A stretch of 63,989 nucleotides of DNA, filler included, from Piptocephalis cylindrospora (Eukaryota): NCBI GenBank assembly GCA_003614145.1. It is 3 parts of 3 records of this genome, joined end to end, with 100 filler letters (N's around TTAATTAATTAA, not from the genome) between each part and the next. Parts side by side here need not be neighbours in the genome. Positions count along the whole stretch, not along the records: positions 25,122 to 50,126 come from KZ987781.1; positions 50,227 to 63,989 come from KZ987937.1; 1 more part is not named here. The stretch is one strand, 5' to 3'. The notes beneath the pieces were generated by a model. It was not told the origin of the DNA, did not search any database, and worked only from the letters and a program-made list of their open reading frames with translations. A program made the translations under genes and the position numbers. Below are positions 47,383-60,638 of the stretch, piece by piece (the stretch's first letter is position 1; each line of letters starts with the position of its first letter).

Positions 47383-50019
47383 ATGTCTTTTGAACATGCC
47401 ACGATTGCCGAGGTCCTCGATGACCTAGCGGCAAGATTCCTCATCAATGTCCCGGACGCCGAACTGGCCTCTCTGGAGCGGATCCACTTCCAGATCGAGC
47501 AGGCGCACTGGTATTACGAGGATTTTGTACGAGAGCAAAATACCCGACTGCCCTCGCACTCACTCCGCACCTTCGCCTCCCTCTTCTTCCGCCACTGCCC
47601 CCTGTTGGCCCCGTGGAGGGAGGGGCACGAGGAGGCGTATGAGGCCTTTTTGCAGTACAAGTACCGTGTCCCGGTATGTGGAGCGATCCTGCTGAATTCA
47701 ACGCTCGATCGGGTCCTCCTGGTTAAGGGTTGGAGCGCTAGGGCGGGCTGGGGCTTCCCCCGAGGCAAGATCAATCAAGAGGAGCTGGATGTGGATTGCG
47801 CGGTGCGTGAGGTCATGGAAGAGACGGGGTTTGACCTTGGGCCCTGGATCCGGCCTGAGGCTTACATTGAACGCAGTGTCCGGGAGCAGCGGGTCAAGCT
47901 CTTTGTTGTCGAGGGCATCCCCGAGGACACGCCCTTTATCCCCCAGACCCGAAAAGAGATTAGCAAGATTGAGTGGCATCGAATCCAGGACCTTCCAGTG
48001 CATTCCCGGGACAGGGAGAAGGGCGTGTACAATCGCTTTTACATGGTAGTTCCCTTTGTTGCGTAAGTGTGATTTGAGTTGGAGGGGGGGAAGAGGAGAC
48101 TGGGGCATTGAGGCAGAGAACTCATGAGTCGACTCTTTATGTCTCTTTCTTTCGCGAAATCCATAGAAATTTGAAGCACTGGGTGGCTCAAAAGACGCAA
48201 CAGGCCCATCCCCATCAGGGGAAAGGCGGGAAGAAGGGGGGAGGGAGGAGGTCTTCCGGGGGGTCATCTCAGCATGGAGCAGGGAAGCAAACGCACGCGC
48301 CACACCCACCCATGCCTCAGTATCCTCAGGAGCGTGGCCATCAGCCACCCGCCCCCCAGTACCCTCAGGGACATGGTCATCAACAACACCTTCCTCAACC
48401 TTCTATGGAAGGAGCCTCTCCAGTAGCATACCCCTCAATGGCTGGCGGAGCGTCTCACTATGCCCCACACCAACCTTCTCCTTCTCATTCCCAGACCGGA
48501 AACTATCCTCATGGCCGGGCTGCTCATTCCGTTGAGGGGGATCATGCATACTCTCATGCTCAAAACCAGGGTCAGTCCCAGTCACTGAGGGCTCCTGTAC
48601 CCACAAGAACTTTTTCTATTGAGACAGTAGATGTGGTCCGGGAAGGGTCTGACACCTCCAGACCGCCTTCAAGATCAACATCTGAATCAGGTGGTCTGGC
48701 TCAGCAGGTATCAAGACAGATGGAAACGCAGCAATTACTTTTGCGTGCATTGAATGGGGCCGGGGAGGGAAACCTCCTTTCTGGGGATGGACAGGACCAT
48801 CATACCTCTGGAGCCTTACGTCGGCCTTTGACTCCGACTTCCTTACTACTTCAGCAATTGGTCGGGTCCTCCTCCTCCTCCAGCCTATTCAAGGAGGTGA
48901 CCCAGGTCAAGGGCGGTGAGCAGGGAGGGAGATTGACGGAGGAATCGGTGGCAGCGGTCGTCTCCTCCTCCTTCTCTGGGGCAACCCCACATACCCGTCC
49001 CTTGACCCCTCGATCCCGACTCTTGCAGCAACTGGCCGAGACCACGCTGCTGGATGATGGTTCTCCCATGGTACCCGGGATAGCATCGGTGGCCAAGACA
49101 ACAGCCACAAGTACATCCAGTAATGAGCCACCGCTAAATGCCGCCGAGGCCATCCTTTCCCGGCCCTTGACCCCCCGATCCAGACTTCTTTTGCAGCTGA
49201 GGACAATGAGGACACCCAGCCCCATGTCCCGACCTCGATCCACGGACCCCACCCTCGAAAAGATAGGGGAAAATCGAGGATCTGGGGAGGAGGGCAGTGC
49301 CTCGGGCCCGATTTCTCTAGGTGAAGCTGGTCGATCGGCCTCCTCCACCCACACCCTTCCCCTTCACCTCACCACGAGTGGCCCTGAACCCGGGAGACCC
49401 CAGGTAGTGAGAGATGAGGAGGGATGGTATCATCAGGCGGATCTGGTGTCCCCATCCACCTTTCCCGAATCCATCCTACGAGCCCCTCGGGCACCACCCT
49501 CTCCTCACCCCCCCCCCCCCCCCCCCCCGCCGCGTGGTTTGTAAACCACCCCACCGCGCCCCCCCCCCCGCCTCCCACCCGCCCCACCACCCGTCCCACC
49601 CCCCCCCCCCCCCCCCCTCTCATCCTCACCCTCACCATCACCATCACCCTCATCATCATCATTTACCCCCCCATCAGCAGGTGATTTCCCCTGCGGGAGC
49701 ATATCCGATTCCCTCTGGCCCTCCTGGAACATATCCTGCGCCCTATGGTGTAGTATCATCCGGGGTCGAGGGATTCATGGGTCATAGGCCCTCTGGATAT
49801 CCTGGTGTGGCGGGGGCTCATCCGGCCCATGCAGGGTACGGTCCTATGGGTCCACATGGCCCTCCCCCTTCAAGCTATCCATCCATGCCTCCTCATGGAC
49901 CGCCGCCCCCGTCAGTCTCATCCAGAGCCCCGGGCGGAGTGGATGGTGGGGATGGGGGAAGGTCCCTACTGGATGTCCTTCTTGGTGGAAGTGGGTCTCC
50001 AGGAGGTGGTAGGGGTTAA
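47383..50019 (+). CDS. DCP2: mRNA decapping enzyme catalytic subunit Dcp2 (one intron; frameshift in poly-C near 49508-49528)
   Basis: ATG 47383 MSFEHATIAEVLDDLAARF; BoxA FQIEQAHWYYEDF; Nudix GFPRGKINQEELDVDCAVREVMEETG. Intron ~48063-48166, followed by a long disordered tail. Confidence 0.93.
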
Positions 50020-50126
50020 TGATTATTAGGTGGGGCAGCCGTGTAGATGAATTCCCAACCATTCTTTTTCATGATCATGATCATTATTGTTATTCCTATT
50101 CCCGGCAGTATGGTCACGGGATGGTT

Positions 50127-50226
50127 NNNNNNNNNNNNNNNNNNNNNNNNNNNNNNNNNNNNNNNNNNNNTTAATTAATTAANNNNNNNNNNNNNNNNNN
50201 NNNNNNNNNNNNNNNNNNNNNNNNNN
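50127..50226. other. Artificial contig spacer N44-TTAATTAATTAA-N44
   Basis: Identical to the spacer at 25022-25121. Confidence 0.97.
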
Positions 50227-50414
50227 CGAAGTGGCGCTGCATGCTGCCCAAGTGGATGTGAATGCCGATGGGGCCGCTCGCCCTGGCCGCGTTTTTGTGG
50301 GGGATGTGGGGGTTGTTCTGTTGTGTTGGGTGGTGGGGGGGGGGGGGGGGAGGGGGTTTAGATTAATATCCACAGTATTCATTCATTCCCATATCCATCC
50401 AAAAATAACATTAC

Positions 50415-53400
50415 CTGAATCCTGGGTCCGCTTCTCCATGGGAGGTCAAGTATGGGGTGGAGAGAATTGTCCCACATTCCCTGTTCAAGAGAAGGACTGT
50501 AGCCTTGTTGGCCAAAAAGAATATTCCTGCATCTCCCGTGCATCTAGCACCAAAACGAAAGGGAAGAAAGTAAGGCATCATGCAAAAGGAACGGCCCTCC
50601 TCTTTCAAAAAAAAAGCCATCCAAAACCTACCTCATGTAATGCTGCGTACACTCTCCGACATCATTGCGCATACAGCAAAAGCTCTGACTACATAGGATG
50701 GCCCCACATGCAAGACACACTGCTGGCTCTGAGGGCACTTTGTGGCATCTAGGACACCGTCGTCGCGCATACCGGAAGAGCGTATCCAGACGATGCGTTA
50801 GACGGATAAGGCCAATGGGGGCGGGATCAGGTAGGTTTATCCGGCTTGCCAAGGTCGGTGGAGGTAACGGGGGATTTTGATTTCCGTAGACCCGAAGATG
50901 CGTCAAGCATATGGCATGCATAACATAGTGAAGTCCTGGGTATGCGTCAGACTCGGGCCCATTTTTGCCTAAAGGAGGGAAGAGTCCATCCAGGCTCTGA
51001 GGAAGGCCGAGCCACGCGAGCATACGGTCCATCTCGCCCTTTGACCCTCCCTCCCCCTCCGCCTCCCATTCTAACCCATAGCGTACTTGCATAAACAGAA
51101 CCATTCGACGAAGCAATACCCCAAGGAAGGACCAGACAAGACGACAGGCGCGTGTAGTCAACAGGGCTTTCCGTACCTCTTTGGGGAATCGAATTTCAGG
51201 GCCATACCATTGTATGAGCCTGTCTACCAACCGCTTCATTCCACCCCGGTACGCTTCATGATCTGGCTCCTCTGGGGCCATCCAAGAAAACTTGACGCTC
51301 GAAGAACCTGTCCCGTCCAACTCTTGCATCTGTCGAAGATCCACCTGAGTGATTAAATGAAGGATGACCCTGGTCGCCTCCATGGCCCAAAGTCTCGGAA
51401 GATAATCGGATAGAGGAAGTCCTCGAGTTTCCTGATCCGTCGCGCAAGGAAGCCAGGGCCATGTCCAGACGGAAAGTTCTACCAGTATCTGCAATGGGGG
51501 GTACTCGAGTATCGATCTCAGATCATACCATAACCCCATCCCAGCCTCGAGGGCACGACCCCGGAGTTGAAGGCCCCCACTAGCATCCATCAGGTAGTCT
51601 CCCGCCGAAGTCACCACCATCTCCGAGAGGCCTCGAAGGAAGGTAAGTCTGGTCTGTGTCACCGCTTGACTCTCCTTACTCCGGCTTCTCTGGATGATCT
51701 CCTCCTCAGCTAATGTTGCCGTTAGCGTATGACACAGAAGATCCGCTCCCCCCAGCTTCGTTTCGACTCGCGGTATCCCTGCTACATCAAATTTCCACTC
51801 CCTCCATAGACGACGAGCCTGCTGGGCCACATCTGAGGCCCCCCGTACGCACCAAGACCGCTTCCGCTCCGCCTTTTTCCCACGGGACATCCGTTGAGCC
51901 AGTGAAATACTGGTTAGTCGAATGATAGGTTGTCCATCCAGTCGAGCGTGTGTCATGAACGGTTCCGGAGGGGATCCGTCCTCCTCTTCTTCACCTTCAC
52001 TTTCCCCTTCCTCCTCTCCCTCTTCTTCTCCCGTGCCCGTCTCTCCAGGGCTTTCATTGGTTCTATCTCCACCCTCCCTCGAGGAGGGGCTTTTAGCAGT
52101 AGTTCCCGACAACATGAAGGCTTCTCCCTCCTGTTGCATACGTTTATCTACAGAAATTGGATATGGGGTCAGGAAGAAGACGCGTGATTCCTTGGACCTT
52201 TCAAAGTTTCTAGACCCTCTCAATTCCACTCGTTCTGTTGACCGGTCTTCCACGTTGCGCAAAGAGGACATAGGGATCAGAGCGTTACCCAAGGCCTTAC
52301 ACAAGGGACAGAGAAATTCTCCGCGCTCGACGCTTTCTGGTTGTCGACGCGTCGGCTGTCCCATATGCCTAGACCGAATGGAGTTGTAATAGCCCTGAAG
52401 ACAATCGGCGTGAATGAGGTGCCCACAGGAGGTCCAAGTCATGGCTACTTCGCTCTTGAACTTCTTGGGGCTTTCAGGGAAACCCTCATCCTGCATAGGA
52501 CGGGTGTGGGTCATTCCGTCCATTAATTGGGCTACATACTCCTGATCATCCAGTCGGGCCGAGTGCTGGTGCGTAGATGTTTGTAGAAAAGCTAGCATAC
52601 CATAACCTCTTTCTCCGGATGTACTCTCTTCATCAGTGCCTGAGGCGCTGGTTCCAGTGGTCCCAAGTTCATCTTGGCACACAATACAGGTACCTTTGGG
52701 GTATTCCCAGGGAGGATGATGTGATTTGGCCGAGTCCTCCCCATCCATTCCTTCCCCATCCCCTTCTTCTTCTTCTTCTTCTTCAAGCCATTCGGAGTGG
52801 TTGACCATAAAGGCCTGCTGTGCCTTTGCGAAATCGGCCATCATCCGTGCCTGTCTTTCCTTGGCTTCCCTTTTTCGCCTTTCCTCCTTACTTTCCTCAC
52901 TCCCATCCTGATCACTGGGGCACGTAGCCTCCTGCGCCTGCTCAGCCTCCCGCTCCTCTGCCTCTCGCCTTCGCCTCAAATCCTCCTTCCAGTCATCCCC
53001 AGTCACACTATCCACTGTAGCAAGGATAATAGACACGTTCTCCTCAAGAACTCCTGCAACCCTAGAAGGAGCCTGGCTCCCAGCGGCGGTGGACTTGGAA
53101 CGATGGGAACATTCCCGTTGGATAATCCACTCCTTGAGTAAGTGGTAAAGAGTTGTTCGTTCTCCGGATAAAGAAAGGTTCGTGTCATGTAATGCCCAAG
53201 AGAAGGACTCCTTGCACATAGAAAGGCCGAGGAGGAGGAGGTGCAAGCCCATCTCTCGAACTCCTCCCCCACTACCTCCACCTACCTCCCCCTCCTCATC
53301 TTCCTCATCCGTGTCAGTATCACCCCCTCGAACCGTAACCATGGCATCATCCCCAGCTCTTGTTGTCCTGGTCGTGGCTCTTGTCATAGGGTCATCAGCC

Positions 53401-56400
53401 ATGGTTATGACTTCATCCTCCTCCTCCTCACTCCCCACACCCTCTTCTTCGCCTTCCTTGCTCAAAGACCAGACCTTGCAGACGAGCAGGAGCATCATCT
53501 CTCCTGACTCGTCCTTATATAGCCTCTCCGCATACCCATGATAAGGGGAGGAGGGGGGGATGGGAATAAGATGAGGGAGACGAGAGGTAAGATCAGTAGT
53601 CTTTGCCTGATGTTTCCGCTTCCACTCTAAGAGTTCAGCCCGCATATTCCGAGAATAGTGAACCCAATAAGGATCCACTTGGTCCACCCACTGATCCTCT
53701 TCATTCAACCTCCATCGTTCCGGCCCTTCCCCCTCCCCAGTACAAGAGGCAACACGAGACATAACCTGCTCCAGGACACGGGAGCGACCAATGGACTCGG
53801 GCAGCCGGTACATCACCTCGGTATATGGCGCAGGAAGGGCGGTAGCGTGGATAAGGGCCCGCTCCACTCGACGATCCTCATCCCACCCGGCCAAATGAGG
53901 TCTTTCCTTGATAGTGAGGATGATCAAATAAAGGAGCTCCTCCAACATGTGACGGAATTGTCGTTCATCATATCCCGTGCCCCGACATCCTTCCTCTTGG
54001 TTTTCCGAATCCTCATCCATGCGGGTATCATCGTCCCCCTCACCTTCACTTTTCAGAACCAACCCACGTTTCCACCAGCCCAGAAGACCAAAGCGATCCA
54101 CAAGCGTCAGAAGCCACACAGAGGGGAGCTCGACGTAGCCCAGGAATGTCTGGATCAACAGGAGATCGGCACACTGGGTGTGTTCCCGGAGTGAGACACT
54201 ACGGTAAAGATGAGCCTGCCTACGGACCCCGTACCCATTACGGACCCATAAACCAGCCCCAACCTGCGATAGCCAGACCCAAGTGCGCAGAGGATAATCA
54301 AAAATACCATGCCATTGGTGATCATACAATTGACCTTCCTGTGCACTGACATTCTTGGTATTTGTAGGGGAGAGGCCCTCAGGGTAGGTCAGATATTTTC
54401 CGAGAGCTTGACGCAGACTCTGACCTAAAAGTGGATCATGAGGATCCTCGTTCGTGGTGCATGTCTCCGATTGGCCTACAGCCTGGGCGGCCCAGTACTT
54501 TATACATTCGGAGAGTAGCCAATGCAGGGGAAGGTGTACAGACACCATTTGGGACATGACGGAAAATGATACCACCTGGGAAAGCCTAGGGATGGTATTG
54601 GAGCGAGGTGTGTGGAAGCGGACGACCCCTTCGAACTTTTCATGCTCTTCCTTGGTCCCTTCTTCCTCCTCTTCACCCTCTCTCTCCTTCTCCGCACCTT
54701 TCTCCACTGAATCCACCCACTCAACTAGCTTACCGGAGATGTAGGGAAGACCGACAATTCCGAGGGCCTCACCAAAGGCCTCTACCACCTGGGTAAGCTG
54801 CATGGTAAGACCAAAAGCGGGGGCCCATCCCTCACTTTCAAACTCCACGTGCTGTCCTACCACCCGGACTTGACCATCCATGCCCTGGAAAGCGAGTAGA
54901 AGATGGGTAAGTCGGATGGCACGGGCGTCTAGGGTGGATCCGGACTTCCCCCCAAGAACCGCCGCCCTAGCCAGCGGCCCGCCCAAAAGAAAGGTGAGAT
55001 CATGGGTCAGATAGGAGAGACGTTTGTTGTGAAAAACCGAGTGCTCACACCGAAGACCCCGTCCCCCTAGACTGGAAGGAGTGTATGGGAGAACGGAGCA
55101 GTACTTGTCAGCGGGGCGAAAATGGTAGATGATCAACTGAATAAGATCTTCGAGCAGGCCGCCGGGTCGACCCACCAGCTCCTCAGCAATAGAAGGGACA
55201 GTGAACATTTGGATGGAGAAGGTGAGGGTAGAGTGCTCTGGACTACGGTCAACACCCAGGTGGCACCGAGCTAGGGTCTTGTAACACTTGGCAAACATTA
55301 GCGCCATTTCCCGCCGGGGCACGGGGTCGGAAAGGATGGCGCCGACGTAAATGCACCGAGTGACTAGTCTCGCCTCCTTCCATAGCCGAGCATCGAGAAG
55401 AAGAAGGGCCTCGAGTCGCTTATAAGGGTCAAAGAGACTGGAAGTACATTTGGTGCTGAGAAGGAAGGCCCGGCGCAAAGCAACCTTAATAAGGGGCAGG
55501 GCCTTGTGAGAGAGGGAGCGTACGTGGGCAGCCAAATCGTTGTGGATGGGAGTAGAGTCCCTTCCGGGACCCCCTAGGCCCTCGCCCGATGAAGCGTCCT
55601 CCATTTCTGGGGAGATGAGGCGAGCAAGGACAGAAAGGAGGATACCGACCTCCTCCTCGGCCCAGAGGTCACGAGCTTTCTGAATACTCAATTGCAAACC
55701 AATCTCCTCAACCTTTCGGGCGATACTATGAATGATACGTAAGTTACGTAAATGAATGAGAATAGCCCTTCCTCGAGCATCAACCTCCTCGGCGATCCGA
55801 CGAGCCCTAGCATCAGAGAAACGGGCAGCCAGGGTGATTTGGGAAACAACTTCATCAAAAGAATGAGTTTCATCATTCCATAGGACGCAACCATAAAGGA
55901 CCCCCTTGGTGGTCTCATGACCATGTTCCTCCTCAATACCGCCTGGCTGCGGGAGGGAAGTAGGGGAGGTTTCATGACTTTCCCCAATCGGGTTTCCCTT
56001 GTCATCCAATCCAAGATCACCAAGATGACTGGAAGCCTCGTTAATGTGTTCAATGTCATCCAATTCAATCACCTCTGGGCTATAGGACAGAATATCCAGG
56101 CACCAGTCTAGAATTTCACCCATGACCTCTGTCAGTCGCGTCAAATCTGGGAGGGATTCATCCGACGGAGACTCCCCTTCGCCTGAGCCTTTTTCTCTTG
56201 GGTCAGGGTGAAGAGGGCATCCTATGGGGTTATTCCAAGCCTCGGGATCTCCACAGTCGCAACAGCCTCCACCCGAAGGGTTCAAGGACACCGAGACATC
56301 ATGATTATCATGGAAATGGCCACTTGCCTCGAAACACTCTGCACACATGACGCAAGTGTTATCCATACCGCACTCTCTACAATGATGATAAAAGATGAAA

Positions 56401-56738
56401 GGAAAGAGTGGATGTGAGAGAATTGGAATGCGCCCTGTGAATAAGGAAACTGATCCGACCTACCTGCATCGATAAAAAATATCGGATTGGTTGAGGTACT
56501 TTCCACAAATGGGCGAGGCGATGAGAGCAGAACGGTCAGTGGTGGTGGATGGAAGGGCAGCTTCAATTCGAGCCAAGACAAGCGGGACCGTCAGGCCGAA
56601 GCGTCGGTAGCCACATTGGGCACTGACCCCAAACATAAGCTTGTCCATGGTAGAGGCCATACTCAGTTTGGGATCAGGCCAAAAGGTTCCCTCTGAAGAT
56701 CCCCTCTCACCCGGTTTGTCCCTGGACGGCGGATTCAT
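50415..56738 (-). CDS. UBR1: N-end-rule E3 ubiquitin ligase UBR1/UBR2 type; 3' end lost at the contig edge
   Basis: The UBR box CGKYLNQSDIFYRCR|ECGMDNTCVMCAECF...GGCCDCGDPEAW is split by intron 56463-56377. ClpS-like LWNDETHSFDEVV; RING CIVCQ...SCGHLIHADC...EFLCPLCKALGN; C-terminal exon PYLTSHGEADPGFR. Confidence 0.93.
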
Positions 56739-57539
56739 GTTGCGGATGCTACGTCAGTGTGTAGAGAGGAGGTGAGGAGGGCTGACTTTATGGGAGAGTG
56801 TATGCCTCCACTTCAGTCGTCACCAACATCAACAAGGACTTACTTGAGATAAAGGGACAAGGGGAATGTCGATAGGTGTAATTGCTTTAGAGGACAAGTG
56901 GAGGTGAGAGTGGATAAAGTGGTAAAGTTGGAGGGAAGAGGGAAGAAGCAAGGGCTGGATGGGTACTCAGGCGGGGCCACTGTAGAGACGACCTATGCTG
57001 GAGTGAGTCCTTGGAAGATATCCAAGCCTGCGAGTAAGCCCAACCGAAGTGCATATGCGAGGATCAGTGATACGCCTCAGCCGCCACTGATACTAAGGAT
57101 CTGGATGTGTGGATGAGGAACAGCTGTGAAGGGGCAGATATGACTAGAGGGCCAACGCGTCATACGTTAGAGCTGATGCGGAGATGCATAAATTTCGCGG
57201 GTTGAGACAGGCGGGCGGGCTAATTCAAACCGTCCTTTAGGTCCAATAACAATAAAGATATTGATCCTTAAAGGATGCCTTAAAGGTTCATTAATACTCT
57301 CACCCAAGAAACATTTGATTACGGTCAAAGAGTACCGCTGAATAGAACACGGTCCACCCAAGATCAAGCCCAGATCAAGGCCGATAAATCAACGGGATGT
57401 ATCTATCAAGGCCTCTATATTCCTCCTTCTCTCCCCCTTCCCCACCCCGACACCTCTGAACGGTACCGCCGCATCCAGAATAGGCTATACAAATCGTCCA
57501 ATGGCGATGAATGAATAACGCAGGACGCAGTTCAATCAT

Positions 57540-59315
57540 CTAACGAGGCTCCTCCTTGATGCGAACTGGGTGGTCATCGCGTCGCCGTTCATCCCTACGC
57601 CGAGAAAAGGCCCGAACACTCTCGTCCCCATCCCTAGCAATGATCATGGAGCGATAGTTGTTCCATAACAAGACTTCAAGTTGCCGGGCGTATTGTAGCA
57701 CAGCGGTGAAATCCTCCTTGGTCTGGAACCCAGTGTATAAGACTCCAGACTTGGCCGTGAATCTATCTCTCTCCAGTTCCCAAAGTCGAACTTGATCCAC
57801 GACCGTCAAAGGAAGAATCGGATTCTATTAAAATGAGGACTAGAGGGTGAGGTGGAGAAATCAAGGAGAGAGAGGGGCATAAGTGCTTACTTGATGCCGA
57901 GTATGAGGATGAGCATTGGCAGTGAGGTACTGAATGATCTATGGGATGAAATAGCGATGGGAGTTCACGGAGGAGGATGAGCTATACAACAAACAAACAA
58001 GTACTCAGTCCCATCTCCCTTGAAGATACCTGATCGGCCGTAATGCCGTTAGAGAGGGCACGACGGACGCTCTCCCGAGTCACAGAGCCCGAGACCATGT
58101 TGGCAAATCGGGCCTTTAAACTACAGAAGAGATTTAATATTGCAATTTTCAATGGGGAGTCTACCGGAGAATATGAGAGACGGATGAGACGCAGAAAAGA
58201 CCCCATGTCCCAAGCTCCCCCGTCCCTTAGCCATACCGGTATAGGCATATAGTCGATAATTAGTCTCAAGGATGATGAACCCTTCATTCCCCTCCTCCTG
58301 GCCCCCCTCGGCACCCGAGGTTAGGGTTGTGGCAAGGCGAGTGGGGTAGAATCGACGGGATGTTTTCTGTATATAACCAAAAGGAGGAGGATGAGAAGGT
58401 GAGAGGGGCGATCATATCCATTCACCCAGGCCCTTCATTCACTGACCTTTCGTCGGTAAACAAGACCAAAATTTTGCAAATCCTCCAAAAGCAGCATCTG
58501 AGTCTGAGTAAACGTTTCCATGCCGTAGTCCTGACCAAAGGTCAACCCACCAAGCTGAAAAAGGAGGTGAAGGACCTCGACTAGATCAAGCTGTAGACCC
58601 TCGATGAACTCCATGTACTGAAGGAGAAACCCCCAAACCTGATGGTACCGGTCCTGAAGGACAAATTGAAATCCGGCCTGGGTAATGGCGAGCCTTCCGG
58701 TGGACATGCTATTATCCAGGAAAAATGAAATCATGTCAGCTTCTCCTGGCTTGATCTATAACTGCTCGTCAGAAACAGCTAGACTTACTTGGGCGCCATA
58801 AGTCCAGATCGCTCTAGTAGCTTACGGGCTGCATTGCTGGGTTGGGCCTCGTCGGTCCCGACCATAAAGTGGAGAATCCTACCCCACTTTTCCTCCGAGT
58901 GCTTGGTAAGAAAGGCTTTGTCGACGGCGTACTTGTCCTTTGTGGAAGAGGGGGTACCAAAGCACTCACTGCCTCGACCGGCCAAGGCAGATTGCAGAGC
59001 CTTGCGAAATGTCTCTTCAAGCAATAAAGTCTTGCCTTCTTGGACAATGTGAAGGCGGTACAGAGGCTTCAAGGCCGTTTCCCTTGCCGTCTCAGCCCTT
59101 AAGGTGGTCCAAGCCGTAACGTGGGAGACATGAACAGGGGTGGGGAGGTAAAGTAAGGACATAACCAGGTGCTTGGACAAGACGGGCAGGAGACGAAAGA
59201 CTGCTAGCGTGGATGCCGGATTAGCGTACAACCGAGCCAGCGATCCTGGGGCGAGGGACTCGAGATACTCGGACACGGATGTCCTAAATAGCCTGGGATT
59301 TCCTGGGGTGGACAT
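57540..59315 (-). CDS. TFB2: TFIIH subunit Tfb2/p52 (GTF2H4), multi-exon
   Basis: LARLY...[52 protein letters not shown] and [15 protein letters not shown]. Confidence 0.95.
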
Positions 59316-59683
59316 TGGAGGGAGGGGAGGAAGGAAGGTGGAGCAAGACTGGATAAGATTGTAGTACTAGTACCCGTTGGGGATTTCATCCGGTCGATGG
59401 CGGTGTCCCAAGTTGTGGATAGTAAGGTGGGTTTAACAGCCCAGGGGGTTTTTACCGTGATGATGCACCATATAGACTCGAGAGGATCATACGCGTCGTT
59501 AGTAAGAATAGCTCATTGTTATATGCCTACTCATCACCACGATTGCGATAAGAGCCACATTCAACAAAGAATAGCATAGCCAAGCCGAGCGATTTAAAGA
59601 TATCTCGGAGAGAGAGAGCATATGTAATTAGATCATAAAAAAGGCAAAGATGATCTTTGAGCTGGGAAAATACCTTCCCCTAG

Positions 59684-60638
59684 CTAATCCTCCTCATCCT
59701 CTTCACCCACTTCCAGAGAAGGGCTGGGGAGAGATGAAGGATAGTCCACATCGGGGTAAGCGCTTTTATCCAAAGCTTTGACCTCGGAAACAAGCCGGGA
59801 AACATGGGCATCCCCAGCATCGTCCCCCAGGTCTTCAAGGGCAGTCTCCAGATGGAAAAGGTAGTCACGATTTGGCCCACTGGGCCCAACAGCCTTAGAA
59901 ATCTGAAGGGCCATCTCCTTTATGGGGGCAGGACCGACATATTCGGAATTTTCCAAGGTCCCAATGTACACCAAGGCCTAAAGTAGAAGATGAGCGGAGA
60001 TGCCCTATCTCCCTTATCTCATCTCTTTCCCTAGATTTACCTTACTAACAACAGGTTGTTCTTGGCCCGATTGAAAGACGTCTACATAGTGAACGGTGTA
60101 TCCATTCTAGAGCGGCAGCAGGTAAGAGTGCTGCCTCGGATGAATAGAATCGACATTTATCGCTCCTACAAGACTCACCTTTTCCCGATAGTTTAAATGA
60201 TCCATGACCTTTTCCACCTCGGACTCGGCAATTTTATACGCCATGCCCCAAGTTTCATTCCTTTCAGCCTCCCTGTCCTTCTATTTGGGAGACAGTGGGA
60301 TGCGTCAGTGCGCATTTCATTCTCTCTACCACGAAGAGAATATCGTGTTCTTCCGACACCGGACCTACTTCCTCTTCAGGGATTTCCAGCCATTGTTCGC
60401 GAGGTATCAGTGTCACCACTCTCCCAGGTCTTTCTGGGAGGCCTCGGTGATCTGTGGAGGCCTGCCAAAACCTACGGACATGGCCTCGAATGTACCCAGC
60501 TTTCCTAGAGGAAGGAAAACGGGAGAGGGAGATGAATATAAACACTGTATTCGGCTACCCAAGTGGTCAAGGGACTCACGCTTCAACAATGGGAAAATCC
60601 ACTTTCCAAATCAAACTACCATATCCAAATATCCACAT
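59684..60638 (-). CDS. GCG1: ChaC-family glutathione-specific gamma-glutamylcyclotransferase, multi-exon
   Basis: ATG 60638 [24 protein letters not shown]...[31 protein letters not shown]. Confidence 0.92.

Noticed and set aside
50227..50360. G/T-rich stretch after the second gap, where the last UBR1 exon is expected
   Set aside because: It looks like low-quality contig-end sequence next to a long G run and has no UBR1-like translation.
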